A DNA stretch of 39,605 nucleotides from an uncultured delta proteobacterium (lineage in GTDB: Bacteria; Desulfobacterota; Binatia; UBA9968), in assembly GCA_963755715.1 (NCBI GenBank), contig CAVWLW010000048.1:1-39605 (forward strand), in the 5' to 3' direction. Of the stretch, positions 11,110 through 21,910 are shown one piece after another (the stretch's first letter is position 1; the number at the start of each line of letters is the position of its first letter). Under the pieces are notes generated by a model. The model saw nothing but the letters and a program-made list of their open reading frames with translations, was not told where the DNA came from and did no database searches. Position numbers and translations under genes: made by a program.

Positions 11110-11325
11110 GAAAAAAGCTCTTGCTCCGTTTGCGCCAGACGCTTACGCGATATTGCGGATCATGTCGGGTTCGTTTGTCACGGCGGGCAAAAAATTTTTG
11201 GCTGGTTCGGCGGCCAAGCGGTTCCGCTCGGTTCGCTGTTCGGTCTGCGCAGGAATAATCGAAATAGTTCTCGGCCTGCTTATTACCATCGGTCTACTCA
11301 CCAGCTATGCGGCATTCATCGCCGA
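11110..11325 (+). pseudogene. Truncated, frameshifted DoxX family membrane protein remnant
   Basis: Pieced across frames: AYAILRIMSG...HGGQKIFGWFGGQAVPLGSLFG...AGIIEIVLGLLITIGLLTSYAAFIA. It ends abruptly without the C-terminal DoxX helices. Confidence 0.7.
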
Positions 11326-11329
11326 TATT

Positions 11330-11507
11330 TGTGTCTTCGATTGATCCGGCAACCGAAACTTGGTCTTGACGTTCTTGGCGAAGATGACTATTCCCGATGT
11401 CTCTCGGTCCGGGCGGTGCATGATGAAAATCCGATTGCGTGATTTGCTATAACCCTGCGGACATAGTCTGTCCAAAAGAATAAGGTCGTCGGGTTTTGTC
11501 AGAATCG
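11330..11507 (-). pseudogene. Degenerate internal fragment of an rluA homologue (matches ~8345-8525)
   Basis: Minus-strand translation DSDKTR..TDYVR.GYSKSRNRIFIMHRPDRETSGIVIFAKNVK aligns with RluA 7922..8641. It has indels, HRLD changed to HRPD, and no start or end. Confidence 0.85.
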
Positions 11508-11521
11508 GCCAGCCGCGATCG

Positions 11522-12553
11522 CTACTCGCCCATTAGCTTTCTTATCTGAGTGATGATCTCGGGCGGTTGCACGACCACTTCCTTCGCCAAAGCCTGAAGC
11601 TCTTCGCCGGCGAGGAGATCCACCTCGAGGGTTTTCTTCTTGGCTTCATCCTGAAATTCGGCGCTGCCCAGCGCTTTGGCGAAGGCAGCGCGCAGCGCCT
11701 TGACTTGCTCTTCCGGCGTGCCAGGTGAAGTCAACATCGGCCACAATCCGAATGCACCACTGCCAAGCATCACCGACGCCAGCCGGCGCATGGTATCCGG
11801 GGTTTTATACTGATCCATCAGCTCATACAGTGTCGGCGCGTCGGCCAAGCGGGCTTCGCGTTTATTACCGGTTTGAATCAAGATGCGCGCCAGCCCTTTC
11901 TTTTGCCAGGTGTGAAACGGCTCGCGGCCGAAATAGACCGGGATGCTGATCGCGCGGCATTGCACCTCGCCCCGCTCCACGGCCAATTCAATGTCGGCGC
12001 CGCCTTGATAGCCGGGCACGATTTGGAATTTCGCGCCGATGGTTTCCTCGAGCAGCTTGGGCACGTAATATCCGGAGTTGCCCGTGCCCGTGCTGCCACA
12101 CCTGGGTGGCGTGCTCGCGTTGCGCACGTCCTGGATACTTTTGTACGGCGCGCTGCCCCACATGTAGAGCAAGCTATCCGCCCTCGTCGTGCTGCCGATC
12201 CAAGCGAACTTGGACCAGTCGAACTGCACTTCTTTGCGCGTCAAGAGCTGGTCGAAGTAAAGCGCGGCGTTAAGCACCGCGAGGCTCAGGCCGTCCGGCT
12301 TGGCAATGGCGTAGACATAGTTGGCCGCCACCACCGATCCGGCGCCGGGCATGTTCTGAACGATCGTGTTCGGATTTCCTGGAAGGTATTTGGTCAAGTA
12401 TGGACCGACGAGCCGTGCCCACGAATCATGCGTGCTCCCGGCGGGATAACCCACGACGATTCGGATTGTCTTGCCCTGAAAGAACGGCACCTGAGCGCCG
12501 GCATCGAAGCACCAACTCATGAGAATCAGCAGCCCAGATACCATGATCTTCAC
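11522..12553 (-). CDS. Tripartite tricarboxylate transporter substrate-binding protein (Bug/TctC)
   Basis: GKTIRIVVGYPAGSTHD, IVQNMPGAGS, AKPDGLSL and GYQGGADIELAVERGEV. RBS GAGGAGG before a GTG start. Confidence 0.92.
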   Translation of the reverse strand: MKIMVSGLLILMSWCFDAGAQVPFFQGKTIRIVVGYPAGSTHDSWARLVGPYLTKYLPGNPNTIVQNMPGAGSVVAANYVYAIAKPDGLSLAVLNAALYFDQLLTRKEVQFDWSKFAWIGSTTRADSLLYMWGSAPYKSIQDVRNASTPPRCGSTGTGNSGYYVPKLLEETIGAKFQIVPGYQGGADIELAVERGEVQCRAISIPVYFGREPFHTWQKKGLARILIQTGNKREARLADAPTLYELMDQYKTPDTMRRLASVMLGSGAFGLWPMLTSPGTPEEQVKALRAAFAKALGSAEFQDEAKKKTLEVDLLAGEELQALAKEVVVQPPEIITQIRKLMGE

Positions 12554-12730
12554 GGTTAACCCTCCTCGATGCTAAAGCGACAAACTCTCAACTCTCTGTC
12601 TCTGACTTGCCAAAGTGGTCCGCCATGAACTCGCGCAGAGAATAAGCCGCGCCCGGAGAAAAATCGGGCTGCGCGCAAGCGCAGGTCGGACAGCGGCTTT
12701 ATTCATCTGTGCATATATCGCTCATCTTCG

Positions 12731-15480
12731 TTATGGCGGCGATTTTGCCGGGGCGCTTTGCAACGCTTTCTGCATCGCGTCCATTTCCGCGCCAAACGTG
12801 CGCCAGTCGCCTTTGTTCAGCGCCTCGAAGGCGCGGCGGTAATGATTGAGCGCTTCCGCGTTGGCGCCGGAAGGAGGTGATTCGTTTGCGCGGATTCCAG
12901 GCGGCGGCGCGGAGGTCGACGTGACGACGGGGGGTGCTGCCTTCTCTTCCGGTGTGACCAACGCGGCCAGCAAACTCTCGACAGTCTGCGCCATGACGAC
13001 ACGATCGCCGGTGGAAGCGATCAGGCGCTTGAGCTCCGGCAACTGCCGGCTTTCGGCGCTCAAATATAAAGGCTCGACATAGAGCAAGTGTGTCATCGAT
13101 CGGAATCGCCAAGAGATTGCCGCGAATCACGCGGGAGCCGGTTTGATTCCAAAGTGAAAGCTGCTGAGAGATCGTCGTGTCCTGATCGATGCGCGCTTCG
13201 ATCTGCGCCGGGCCGTAAATGAGTTTTTCCTTGGAAAAAGTAAACTCGATCACCTTGCCGTAGTGCTCACCGTCGCAACGCGCCGCCAGCCAGGCGATCA
13301 TGTTGTCGCGATTGTTGGGCACCATCGGCACCATTAAGATAAATTCTTCGCGCGGCTCCCCGGGCAAGCGCATAATCGTATAATACGGCTGCATTGTGCC
13401 GGTTTGCCCTTTGTGGCTTTCCCTCGGAAAGTTCCACAGATCTTCTTTGTTGTAGAACACCTCCGGGTCCTTCATGTGATAGGTGCCGTGGACGCTGGCT
13501 TGAATGATAAAAAAGATCTTCCGGGTAGCGGATGTGTTTGCGCAACGTAGCCGGCATCGAATCCATCGGCTGAAACAGCGTCGGAAAGATGCGCTGGTAG
13601 GTGAGCACGATCGGATCTTTCGGGTCGGCAATATAAAAAACCGGGTTGCCGTCGTAGGCATCGACCGCGATCTTTACCGAGTTGCGTATATAGTTGATGT
13701 TGCCGGGACGGCTGAGCTGAGAGTACGGCAGTGAGTCGCTGATCGTGTAAGCGTCCTGCAACCAGATCAAGCGCCCGTCGTTGACGACCAGATAGGGATC
13801 GCGATCGAGACGGAGAAAGGGCGCGATTCTCCGGATGCGCTCCTGAATCAGGCGCCGAAAGAGAATCTTGCTCGACGCGGTGACGTTGTCGCTGATAAGC
13901 AGCTTGAAATCGCCAAACGACCAGGCAAACAACGCGCGTCGCCACAGACTGCCCAAGGACACGCCGTCGCGGCCTTGGTAAACGTTGTAGACATTTTCCT
14001 GACCCTGCGCGTAATCGAATTCTTTGGTGTCGCCGCCGACCACCACATAATTTCTGGTCTCTTCGCCGAAATAGATCTCCGGGCGGTCGATCTTGAGCTC
14101 GGGCGGACCCACAGGGGGAATGTCTTTAACGTAAAAAACCGGCAGTCCTTCGTTATCGAAGCGATTCACCGGATTCATCGCGATGCCGTTGCCGTGGGTG
14201 AATTTAAAGCGCTGATTGATCCAGGTCTGCGCGTCGGCCGGCAGTTTCGACTGATTCAACTCGCGGGCGGACAGCAAGACTTGCCGGTAGCTCCCCTCGA
14301 TCACGTAACGATCGACGTCGATGTCGTGAAAGTCGTAGTAGAGACGGATCTCTTGCAACTGCCGGTAGGTATCCAATAGCGGGCGCGGGTCCCACCAGCG
14401 AATATTCTGGATCGTCGCTTGATTGGCCGCGACGACCTCCGGTGTAAGTTTTCCTTTTGCCGGGAACGGCGCGCTGGTGATGTTATCGAGACCAAAACCA
14501 TAACGGGTGAATTCGATGTTGCTGGCAATATAGCGCGACTCCAGCTTTAATTCGTCCGGCTTGACCCAATAGCTTTGAAACAGACCGGGCACGATCGTCT
14601 GCACAATCGACACGGCGAAGACCAGGACCGCAGCCGCAATGGGCAGGCGGATGCCGGCCAACCAAATGTTGTACACACATCCGACGGCGGCAATGAGCGA
14701 CACGGCGGCTAGGGCGATCAACAACGGCAAGCGCAGGTGGACGTCGGTATAGGCGGCGCCGAAGACGATGCCGTTATTGCTGGTCAGCAAATCATAACGC
14801 TGCAGAATATAGCCGCCGGCTTTGACGAGAAAAAATAGCGCCAGCAGCGCGGAAAGGTGACGGATCACCGCTGCGCTGAGGACAGGAAATCCCGTCTGCT
14901 GATAAACGATGTCGCCGCGCAGTAGGTAGATCGCAGCGGCGGCCGCAGCGCTCAGAAAAATAATCAGCAACGCCCAATCCCGGATCAACTCGTAGAAGGG
15001 AAGTGAAAATACATAGAAGCCGAGATCCATCCCGAACAGCGGGTCAGTCCGCCCAAACGGAACGGCATAAAACCATTTGAGAAGCGTGTCCCAGTTGTCC
15101 ATCTGGGCAAAACCGATGAACAAGCCGACGAGCAAAGCGACCCCGGCAATGATCAGTCGCCATGGCAGCTTGTCCAAGGAAAGCTCAATGATCTCAGGCA
15201 TCCCTTGGGTACCGCGACCGATAACTCTGAAGCTTGGCTGTCGACGCCGTCCGGCCGGAGTCGCTCGCGCGGCGATGAAACCATTGAGCAGTAGAATTGC
15301 GGACGAAAGCCCGGTGGCGACGACAAATACCCCGAGCGCCGTGAGCCAAGTGGTCGTGAAGACGGCGCGGAATCCCAACGAGCTGAACCACAACAGGTCG
15401 ACGAAGAAACGGCTGAATACGAAGAACCCCACCAACACCGCAACGATCGACGCCGCAAGTATGAGCGTGCCTTTTTTCAT
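12731..15480 (-). CDS. UPF0182 family membrane protein, apparent indels ~13510 and ~13085
   Basis: DLLWF, PFGRTDPLFGMDLGFYVFSLP, GAAYTDVH, QLQEIRLYYDFHDIDVDRY, FTHG, NYIRNSVK, RYPEDLF, QPYYTIM, GPAQIEARIDQD and LYVEPLYL are spread over three ORFs. Confidence 0.92.
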
Positions 15481-15655
15481 GAGTGAATATTCCCTCGAAC
15501 CGGAGCCTAGGTATATAGAACAATGAACAAAGAGGAAAGACTTTTCGAAAGATCGGTCGGGCGAAGGCGCCGACTCGCCATCCTTTAACGGGCCGCTAAT
15601 TGAGACGCAGGGAGCCTGATTTCTGATACTAACTAAGGAAACGTTTAAGACAAGA

Positions 15656-16651
15656 CTAGAACCGCCCTTCCCTTTCCAATTTTTTTACAACGCTGTCGTC
15701 CACCAATTCCTCTGCTTTGAGGCGGCGGATCTTTTCGTTACCGGCACCGAGGAGGCGGATGACGTTGCGCACGCCGTCGACGCTCGGAAAGATTTTTCTT
15801 TCGTAAAGGCCCAGCATGCTTTGATATCCTTCTTCGGCGTCTTCGATGCGTTTCAAGCGCAGACCTTTGGCCAGGCTTCTCACGACCTGTGACTTATTTT
15901 CCGGATTGCGAATGAAAGCGACGCCGTCGAGCAAGCCTCTAATCACATTTTCTAGAGTCGCAGCCGAAGACGCGATCGTGCTCCGCCGTGTGACGATTCC
16001 CGTGCCCTGATAGGCGATCGGCAATTTCTGTAAATCCGCGAGCACACGGAAGCCTTTGTTCTCGACCACCTTGGCAAAGGAGTAACTCAAATAGGCCGCG
16101 TCAATATTTCCGGCTAACAGCGCTTGCGAGACGATCGAACTGTCCCCTAGTCCGCGCATCTGGATCTTATCCCGCTCCGGCGAAAGTCCCCAGTGATCAA
16201 GCGTCAGCATGGTAAAAATCCAGGTGCCGCCGCTCAGGCTGTTGACCCCTAGACTCTTGCCTCTCAGATCCGTTGGGCTCTTTATTTTCGGGTTGGCGGC
16301 AAAAACTCCGGTCAAGCGATTGATAAATCCAGCGACAAAAACCAAGTCGGCGCCCTCGGAAATCGCGCCCAAGTTAGCTCCCGACACCGAGCCCCAATGC
16401 ATGAACGACTCACCGGAACTGAGCGCCGCCATGCCGACGGGACCGTTGCGCGCTTGCACCAGGGTGAGATCGACACCATACCGGCGAAAAAATCCCTGGT
16501 CTTGGGCGACATACAGCGCCCCTTCCCGTTCACTCGCCGAGCCGGTCGTTACGAGAACTTTGACGAGCGGAGCCGCGGCATGGACGAGCAAATGATCGGA
16601 AACAAGAACAGCGAGGAGAATAAAAAGCGATTCAAGCAGCCGCAATTTCAT
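15656..16651 (-). CDS. NMT1/THI5-like ABC substrate-binding protein
   Basis: Signal peptide, LYVAQDQGFFRRYGVD, DLRGKSLGV and ALLAGNIDAA. Confidence 0.88.
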   Translation of the reverse strand: MKLRLLESLFILLAVLVSDHLLVHAAAPLVKVLVTTGSASEREGALYVAQDQGFFRRYGVDLTLVQARNGPVGMAALSSGESFMHWGSVSGANLGAISEGADLVFVAGFINRLTGVFAANPKIKSPTDLRGKSLGVNSLSGGTWIFTMLTLDHWGLSPERDKIQMRGLGDSSIVSQALLAGNIDAAYLSYSFAKVVENKGFRVLADLQKLPIAYQGTGIVTRRSTIASSAATLENVIRGLLDGVAFIRNPENKSQVVRSLAKGLRLKRIEDAEEGYQSMLGLYERKIFPSVDGVRNVIRLLGAGNEKIRRLKAEELVDDSVVKKLEREGRF

Positions 16652-16736
16652 AGGTCATTCGTACGCCTGTATGAGGCTCGGGATCTCGACAGTGGAGAGA
16701 TATGCGGAGACCTCGGTCACCCTCGTCGTTGCGTGC

Positions 16737-17354
16737 TTAGAATTGAATCAAATCGGAACGGGTGACCGTGACGTTGTAGCGATAGCCGAAGCTGCCAAAG
16801 AGAGAGAACGCCTGCAATTTTTCTTTCTCGTCTCTTTGCGTCGTACAATCGACGGGTACGTAAACATAGAAATCTCGGATGCTGAAACCCGTCACGGCGC
16901 ATTGCACGCAGCCGCGGGTCGCGATCCCGGTGACGATGATGCGGCCTTCGCCCGGCCGCAATCGCAACCGCTCCAGGAGCGACTCCATATCAGTTCGATA
17001 AAAGCAGTCGTGCGTGTATTTGACGACGACCGGTTCGCCCGGTTGCGGCTTGAGCTCGTCGATGAACTCCGCGCCCCAGGTTCCTTCCACTTTGCGGACG
17101 ACGTTTTTGAAAAGCGTAAACTCCAACGCGTCCGGTTTGCGCACGGACTGGGTGTGGACCACCAAGCCGCCGGCCTGTTTTATCCGTTGGCGCAATGCAG
17201 CGATGGCGGGAATGATCTGCGCCGCCGCTTCTCCCATGTAGCGCTTTCCCGTCGGATGGAGATCTTCATTCTCCATATCAACGATCAACAGCATCGTTTT
17301 TGCCGGCTCCAGCTTTACTGGAACCGGGTCGGGATAATTGAGCTCGATCTGCAT
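16737..17354 (-). CDS. Isochorismatase/cysteine hydrolase family amidohydrolase
   Basis: Catalytic Asp (IVDMEN), Lys (VVKYTHDCF) and Cys (GIATRGCV). RBS AGGAGG. Confidence 0.92.
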   Translation of the reverse strand: MQIELNYPDPVPVKLEPAKTMLLIVDMENEDLHPTGKRYMGEAAAQIIPAIAALRQRIKQAGGLVVHTQSVRKPDALEFTLFKNVVRKVEGTWGAEFIDELKPQPGEPVVVKYTHDCFYRTDMESLLERLRLRPGEGRIIVTGIATRGCVQCAVTGFSIRDFYVYVPVDCTTQRDEKEKLQAFSLFGSFGYRYNVTVTRSDLIQF

Positions 17355-17381
17355 GGTTATCCTCCTTTGTCGCGCGGCGCA

Positions 17382-18410
17382 TCACCTGCGCAATCGTTCG
17401 ATCCAACCTTCCTTGACGATCTTTTGCAACGGCGCATCATCTTTGTAGAAATCCGGTTGACGGAACGCATCGCTCGGAAATGGCTTGCGCGCCGCTTGTT
17501 CGCGAATGACGGTCTCGAGTCCGCTGGCAGGAACAGTCGGGATTGATTTGAAGAGTCCGGCATAGACGGTCACGACTTTATCGACTACCGCGGGATCGGA
17601 CTCGCGATATTCCTTGGCGTAGATCCGCTTAGCCAGAGCAAGATCGGTTTTGATCACATAAATCGCCTCCGTGTAGGCTTTCAAGAATCGCTCCACGGTG
17701 TTGGGATTCTTGCGCACGAACGCGCGGCTGCTGCCGACGCATGACGGCGGATATTTGAGATCGGTTTTCGAAAGATCGATCAGCACCGGCCAGCCGCGCT
17801 GCAAAAACGGCAAGGCATAACGGATCGTCAGAATGCCGGCGGCGATCCTGCCGCTCTCCAAAGCCGCGGCGATTTCAGGACCGCCGCCCAGTTGCAGAAT
17901 CGTCATGTCTTTGTCGGCGTCCATGCCGAGATATTTCAAGGCCGCGCGCAGATAGAAGTGAATACTCGAACCCAGACGCGTAACCGCGGTCGATTTTCCT
18001 TTGAGTTGCTCAGGCGTCTTGATATCGGGCCGGCCGATCAAATAGACCAGATCGGTATCCAGCGGGCATGCCAACAGCACCGCGTCGCCGCCTTCGACTT
18101 TCGCCGCTACCACCGACTCCGCGCCGACGCCGGACAACTGCAATTCTCCGCTGAGAATACCCATCGTGATCAGCGCGCCGCCGCGCATGAAGATAACCTC
18201 GACATCCAATCCGTGCTTGGAAAAAATCCCCGTGTCTTTGGCGAGCCATATCGGCAAGAAATGCGGCGGGTTGGTCACCGCGAAGCGGACGCGCCTGGTC
18301 TCTTGAGCAATCGCTTCATGAGCGAAGCTCATCAGAGCCAATAACACGACGAGCTTTATAAGAAGGATCGCGAAGGTTTTGCTTGGATGTTTGATTAAAG
18401 ATCTCATCAT
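17382..18410 (-). CDS. NMT1/THI5-like ABC substrate-binding protein
   Basis: Signal peptide, LPIWLAKDTGIFSKHGLDVE, QLKGKSTAVTRLGSS and AALESGRIAAG. Confidence 0.88.
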   Translation of the reverse strand: MMRSLIKHPSKTFAILLIKLVVLLALMSFAHEAIAQETRRVRFAVTNPPHFLPIWLAKDTGIFSKHGLDVEVIFMRGGALITMGILSGELQLSGVGAESVVAAKVEGGDAVLLACPLDTDLVYLIGRPDIKTPEQLKGKSTAVTRLGSSIHFYLRAALKYLGMDADKDMTILQLGGGPEIAAALESGRIAAGILTIRYALPFLQRGWPVLIDLSKTDLKYPPSCVGSSRAFVRKNPNTVERFLKAYTEAIYVIKTDLALAKRIYAKEYRESDPAVVDKVVTVYAGLFKSIPTVPASGLETVIREQAARKPFPSDAFRQPDFYKDDAPLQKIVKEGWIERLRR

Positions 18411-18431
18411 GAGAAATCGACGCCAAGCCTA

Positions 18432-20305
18432 CTAACTCTTCTTCTTATTGCCGGCCCGTTGATCCGGACCGCTGTCGGCGTAGCCCGGCTCAATGACTGA
18501 ATCGATGAAATACCGTCCGCCTTTGGCGACGATCTCCGCGCCTCTCTTGAGCGCTTTCGCCAACGCCTCGGTCGTCGAAACCGGAGCCTCGCTGTCAAAA
18601 CCTTGGGCGCGCGCCATGGCAACCAAATCGACGCGCGGATCATCGATGCGTTGACCGATCCAGCGATTCTGCGCCGGCCGGCTACGCATTTGCGCGACCC
18701 GTTCCTGATGCATTTCATCGTTAAAGTACGAGCGATTGTCGGCGGCCACGATCATCACTGGAATCTCAAAGTGGGCCGCGGTCCAGAGCGCGTTCACGCC
18801 CATCAGATAATCGCCGTCGCCGATGACACCGATGGTCAGCCGATCGCTGCCCTTGAGGGCTAACGCTGCGCCGATCGTATGTCCCGGCCCGGTGCCAACG
18901 GCACCGCCGCCGTCGTTACCCATGAACGACAAGGGCCCGTCCAATTCATAGGCCTCGCCCGGCCAGCCGAGCGGCAGGCGAGCGAAAGTCATCGGACGTT
19001 TTTTGGCGAATTCGCGCACCGTCATCGCCATATCCCACAGCGTCATCGGCTTTCCGCTCATCTTTGCCGACTTGCCGTTCAGCGCGTCGTTCCAATGAGT
19101 GATGTTCTTCATCTCCGGGCGTGGTTTGACCTTCAGCGCTCTTGCGGGAATCCAGTTCCTCGAGCATCTGCGCAATGAATTGATCGGGCTCGGCGTGGAT
19201 AGGAATATCGACCGCCGGCAGCGCTTGGTGGTCCATGCTCCACCCATTCGTGCGATAACTATCGACCGAACAGTGGACAATCGTTTTGTCGGCGGGCTCC
19301 TGCGTTTGCGCTGTGCCAAGAGCGAGGCGAAATACGCCGGCGAGATCGAGCCAATCCATACTGAGGATCAGGTCCGCCTTTTCGATCAGCGCCGTCGCAG
19401 CTTTGCTCGGACGCAAACACGGCGCAGCAAGGTGCAAGGGATGAGTCGTCGGGAAGGACGCCGCATCGTTGCTGCTGGTCATGACGGCGGCGCCGATCAC
19501 TTCGGCAAAGCGCACGCGGCGATCCCAATCCGCCTGCTTGCGCGAGACGCGCCCCATGAGGATCAACGGAAACTTTGCCTTGTCGATCGCTTTCAAAGCC
19601 TTGAGGACACTGGCATGCGGCACGGCGGGCGAAGGCGCCGGCGCGAAACGCGCTGGATCGGGAACCGAAACTTCCTCGGTGAGCGGCGACTCCTGCAGAC
19701 CCGCATCGAGGCAAATGTAAACCGGCCCATAAGGTGCGCTGCGTGTGATCTGGTTGGCGCGCAGCACCGATTCGACCGCTGCTTGCGGCGAGGCCGGCTG
19801 ATCGTCCCACTTGGTATAATTGCGGATCATCGACGCTTGATCCTTCGACGTATGAATCCAGTCGATCCACGGACGGCGCCGATGCGCGTCGACCGGGCCG
19901 GTGGCGCCGAAGATGATCATCGGCGTGCGGTCGCACCAGGCGTTGAAGATCGGCATGGTCGCGTGCATGAGGCCGACGTTGGAGTGCAGCGCCACGGCCA
20001 TCGGCTCCTCCGTCACCTTGCCGTAACCATCGGCGATCGAGACCGCATGCTCTTCGTGCAGGCAAATGACCATCTGGGGATTACGGTTGCCGAGATAGTT
20101 GACGATGCTGTCGTGAAAACCGCGATAGCTGGCGCCGGGCACGAGCGCGATATATTTGAGGTCGAGCCGGCGTGTGACTTCGGCGACGACATCGCTGCCC
20201 CATTTCATTTGCGGTTTGCCCAAATCTTCCGGTTGATCGATCTGGGATTTATCGGTTTCTCTGATTTTTCGTCTGCGTCATTTTTCCGACGATTGCTGTT
20301 TTCAC
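18432..20305 (-). CDS. Thiamine pyrophosphate-dependent enzyme (benzoylformate decarboxylase/acetolactate synthase-like), apparent indels ~20255 and ~19140
   Basis: N-domain PGASYRGFHDS and catalytic LHEEHAV. The TPP motif GDGDYLMG...ADNRSY lies in a second frame. RBS AAGGAG before GTG 20305. Confidence 0.88.
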
Positions 20306-20363
20306 TGCGTCTCCTTATTCAATTTCAATTTATTTTTGCCGTAACAAAATTTTGCCGCCTCAC

Positions 20364-20822
20364 TCAACGCTTTTCCGCGGGCGTGGAAGTCGCCGGTCCC
20401 ACGCCCCAGACTTGGATAACGGCCTCTTCATTCTTTGCGCCGTCGTAGTGAATTTTGCCGCCGTAATGGATGACGTAACTGCCCGCAGGCATCGGCACGG
20501 TGTTATCCGGATCAAATTTCTCGCCGGTGCCCACCCACCAAGTGCCGGACAACACGACAAAGAAACGATCGTTGGGATGGAAGTGCGGCCGGCTCATGTT
20601 GCCGGGCAACCACTTGAGCCGCACCACGTACGGCCCCGGCTTGCTCGGGTCGCCGAACAGAACTGCGGACTCATTGGTCCCCGCGGCGTTCCTCACCCAC
20701 TTAATTTCCGACGGAGTTTTGAAATCTACCGCGGCGCGGTCGACTTCGGCTGCATAACTCGCTCGTGAAACGAACGTCATTCCAAGAATGGCGATGAGAA
20801 GTATTCGAGTCGCTTGGGCCAT
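20364..20822 (-). CDS. Cupin domain protein with signal peptide (DUF4437-like)
   Basis: GDPSKPGPYVVRLK, PHFHPNDR, VLSGTW and IHYDG. RBS GGAGG before ATG 20822. Confidence 0.85.
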   Translation of the reverse strand: MAQATRILLIAILGMTFVSRASYAAEVDRAAVDFKTPSEIKWVRNAAGTNESAVLFGDPSKPGPYVVRLKWLPGNMSRPHFHPNDRFFVVLSGTWWVGTGEKFDPDNTVPMPAGSYVIHYGGKIHYDGAKNEEAVIQVWGVGPATSTPAEKR

Positions 20823-20955
20823 ATCGCCTCCGTATCCAAGACTAAAGTTCAAGTTGTTCAGGCTCCATTTTTTTCCTCACCAGCAACGCAGAAAAATAAA
20901 GAGGGTGAGTTTACGGCGGGAAGCGATGAAGCAACCTGAACGCTTTGAACGGCTG

Positions 20956-21885
20956 CTATGCTTTCGCGTATTTCCCCGTAAGTTGCGGCGTAAAACCCTC
21001 CAAGCCTTTCTCCTGGCGCTGAAGCCGTGTCTCTCTCGCCCAAGCGCGTTTGAGATCGTCGCGAATTTTCACGTGTAGTCGGCCAAGCGGTTCGGTTTCG
21101 AGCTCGACGAGGTCACCATCCTGAAATGGATTGAGGCCGCGATGATTGGTGCCGCACGCAAGTACGTCGCCCGGCTCGAGCGGATGAATGGAGCTCACCC
21201 ACTCGATGCAGCGTGGGATTTTGTGCGCCATGTCGCTGGTGTTGTAGTTCTGCATCAGCGCGCCGTTGTTCCAGAGCCGCACCTGAAGATTGAGCGGGTC
21301 TTTAATTTCGTCGGCGGTGACGAGGTACGGCCCCATGGGTCCGAAGGTGGCGCGCGATTTCATCTGATAGAACGTGTTGCCGGCGGGCGGCAGACCGCGC
21401 GCGGAGCCGTCGATGAAATTGACGTAACCGAAAACATATTCCATCGCTTTGGCCGCGGGCACGTTGTCGGCGCGCTTGCCGATCACCAGCGCGAGCTCCG
21501 CTTCGCCCTCGAAGATGGCGGCCGGCACGTCGGGCAACACCATCGTGTCGCCATCGCCGATGACGCAGTTCGGCGACTTGTGAAAAGCGTTGATCGGCGC
21601 CGGCTCCTTGCGCGTGCCGTCTTCCATATAGTTCACCGCCATGCAGTCGATGTTGACCGGCTTGGGCAACGGCGGCCGGAGGCGCACGCTCTTAAGCGGA
21701 ACCCCGTTGCCGGCGGTGGCAGCCTTCTCCAACGCGCCGCGGTAGTCGCCGAAGCGTTCGATCAGCCCGCTGATCAAGTTATGCGGCCCGGTGTGCGGGA
21801 TGTCCTGCACGAGTCGCGACACGTCAATGACGGTATCGCCGTTCAACACGCCGAGTTTGAAATCATCGAAAAACAATATCTTCAT
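20956..21885 (-). CDS. Fumarylacetoacetate hydrolase family protein
   Basis: MAVNY, FEGEAELALVIGK, FIDGSAR, KSRATFGPMGPYLVT and LEPGDVLACGT. RBS AAGGAGG. Confidence 0.93.
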   Translation of the reverse strand: MKILFFDDFKLGVLNGDTVIDVSRLVQDIPHTGPHNLISGLIERFGDYRGALEKAATAGNGVPLKSVRLRPPLPKPVNIDCMAVNYMEDGTRKEPAPINAFHKSPNCVIGDGDTMVLPDVPAAIFEGEAELALVIGKRADNVPAAKAMEYVFGYVNFIDGSARGLPPAGNTFYQMKSRATFGPMGPYLVTADEIKDPLNLQVRLWNNGALMQNYNTSDMAHKIPRCIEWVSSIHPLEPGDVLACGTNHRGLNPFQDGDLVELETEPLGRLHVKIRDDLKRAWARETRLQRQEKGLEGFTPQLTGKYAKA

Positions 21886-21910
21886 TTGCCCTCCTTGAGA
21901 GTCGGCCCGG

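Noticed and set aside
15481-15655. GC-rich hairpins upstream of UPF0182 as a fluoride-type riboswitch
   Set aside because: The conserved core of that riboswitch is absent.
19099-20448. Long antisense ORFs (also 21142..22263, 27616..29106, 29493..30536, 9326..10216, 2015..2770)
   Set aside because: These are shadow ORFs opposite well-supported genes, expected in GC-rich DNA.
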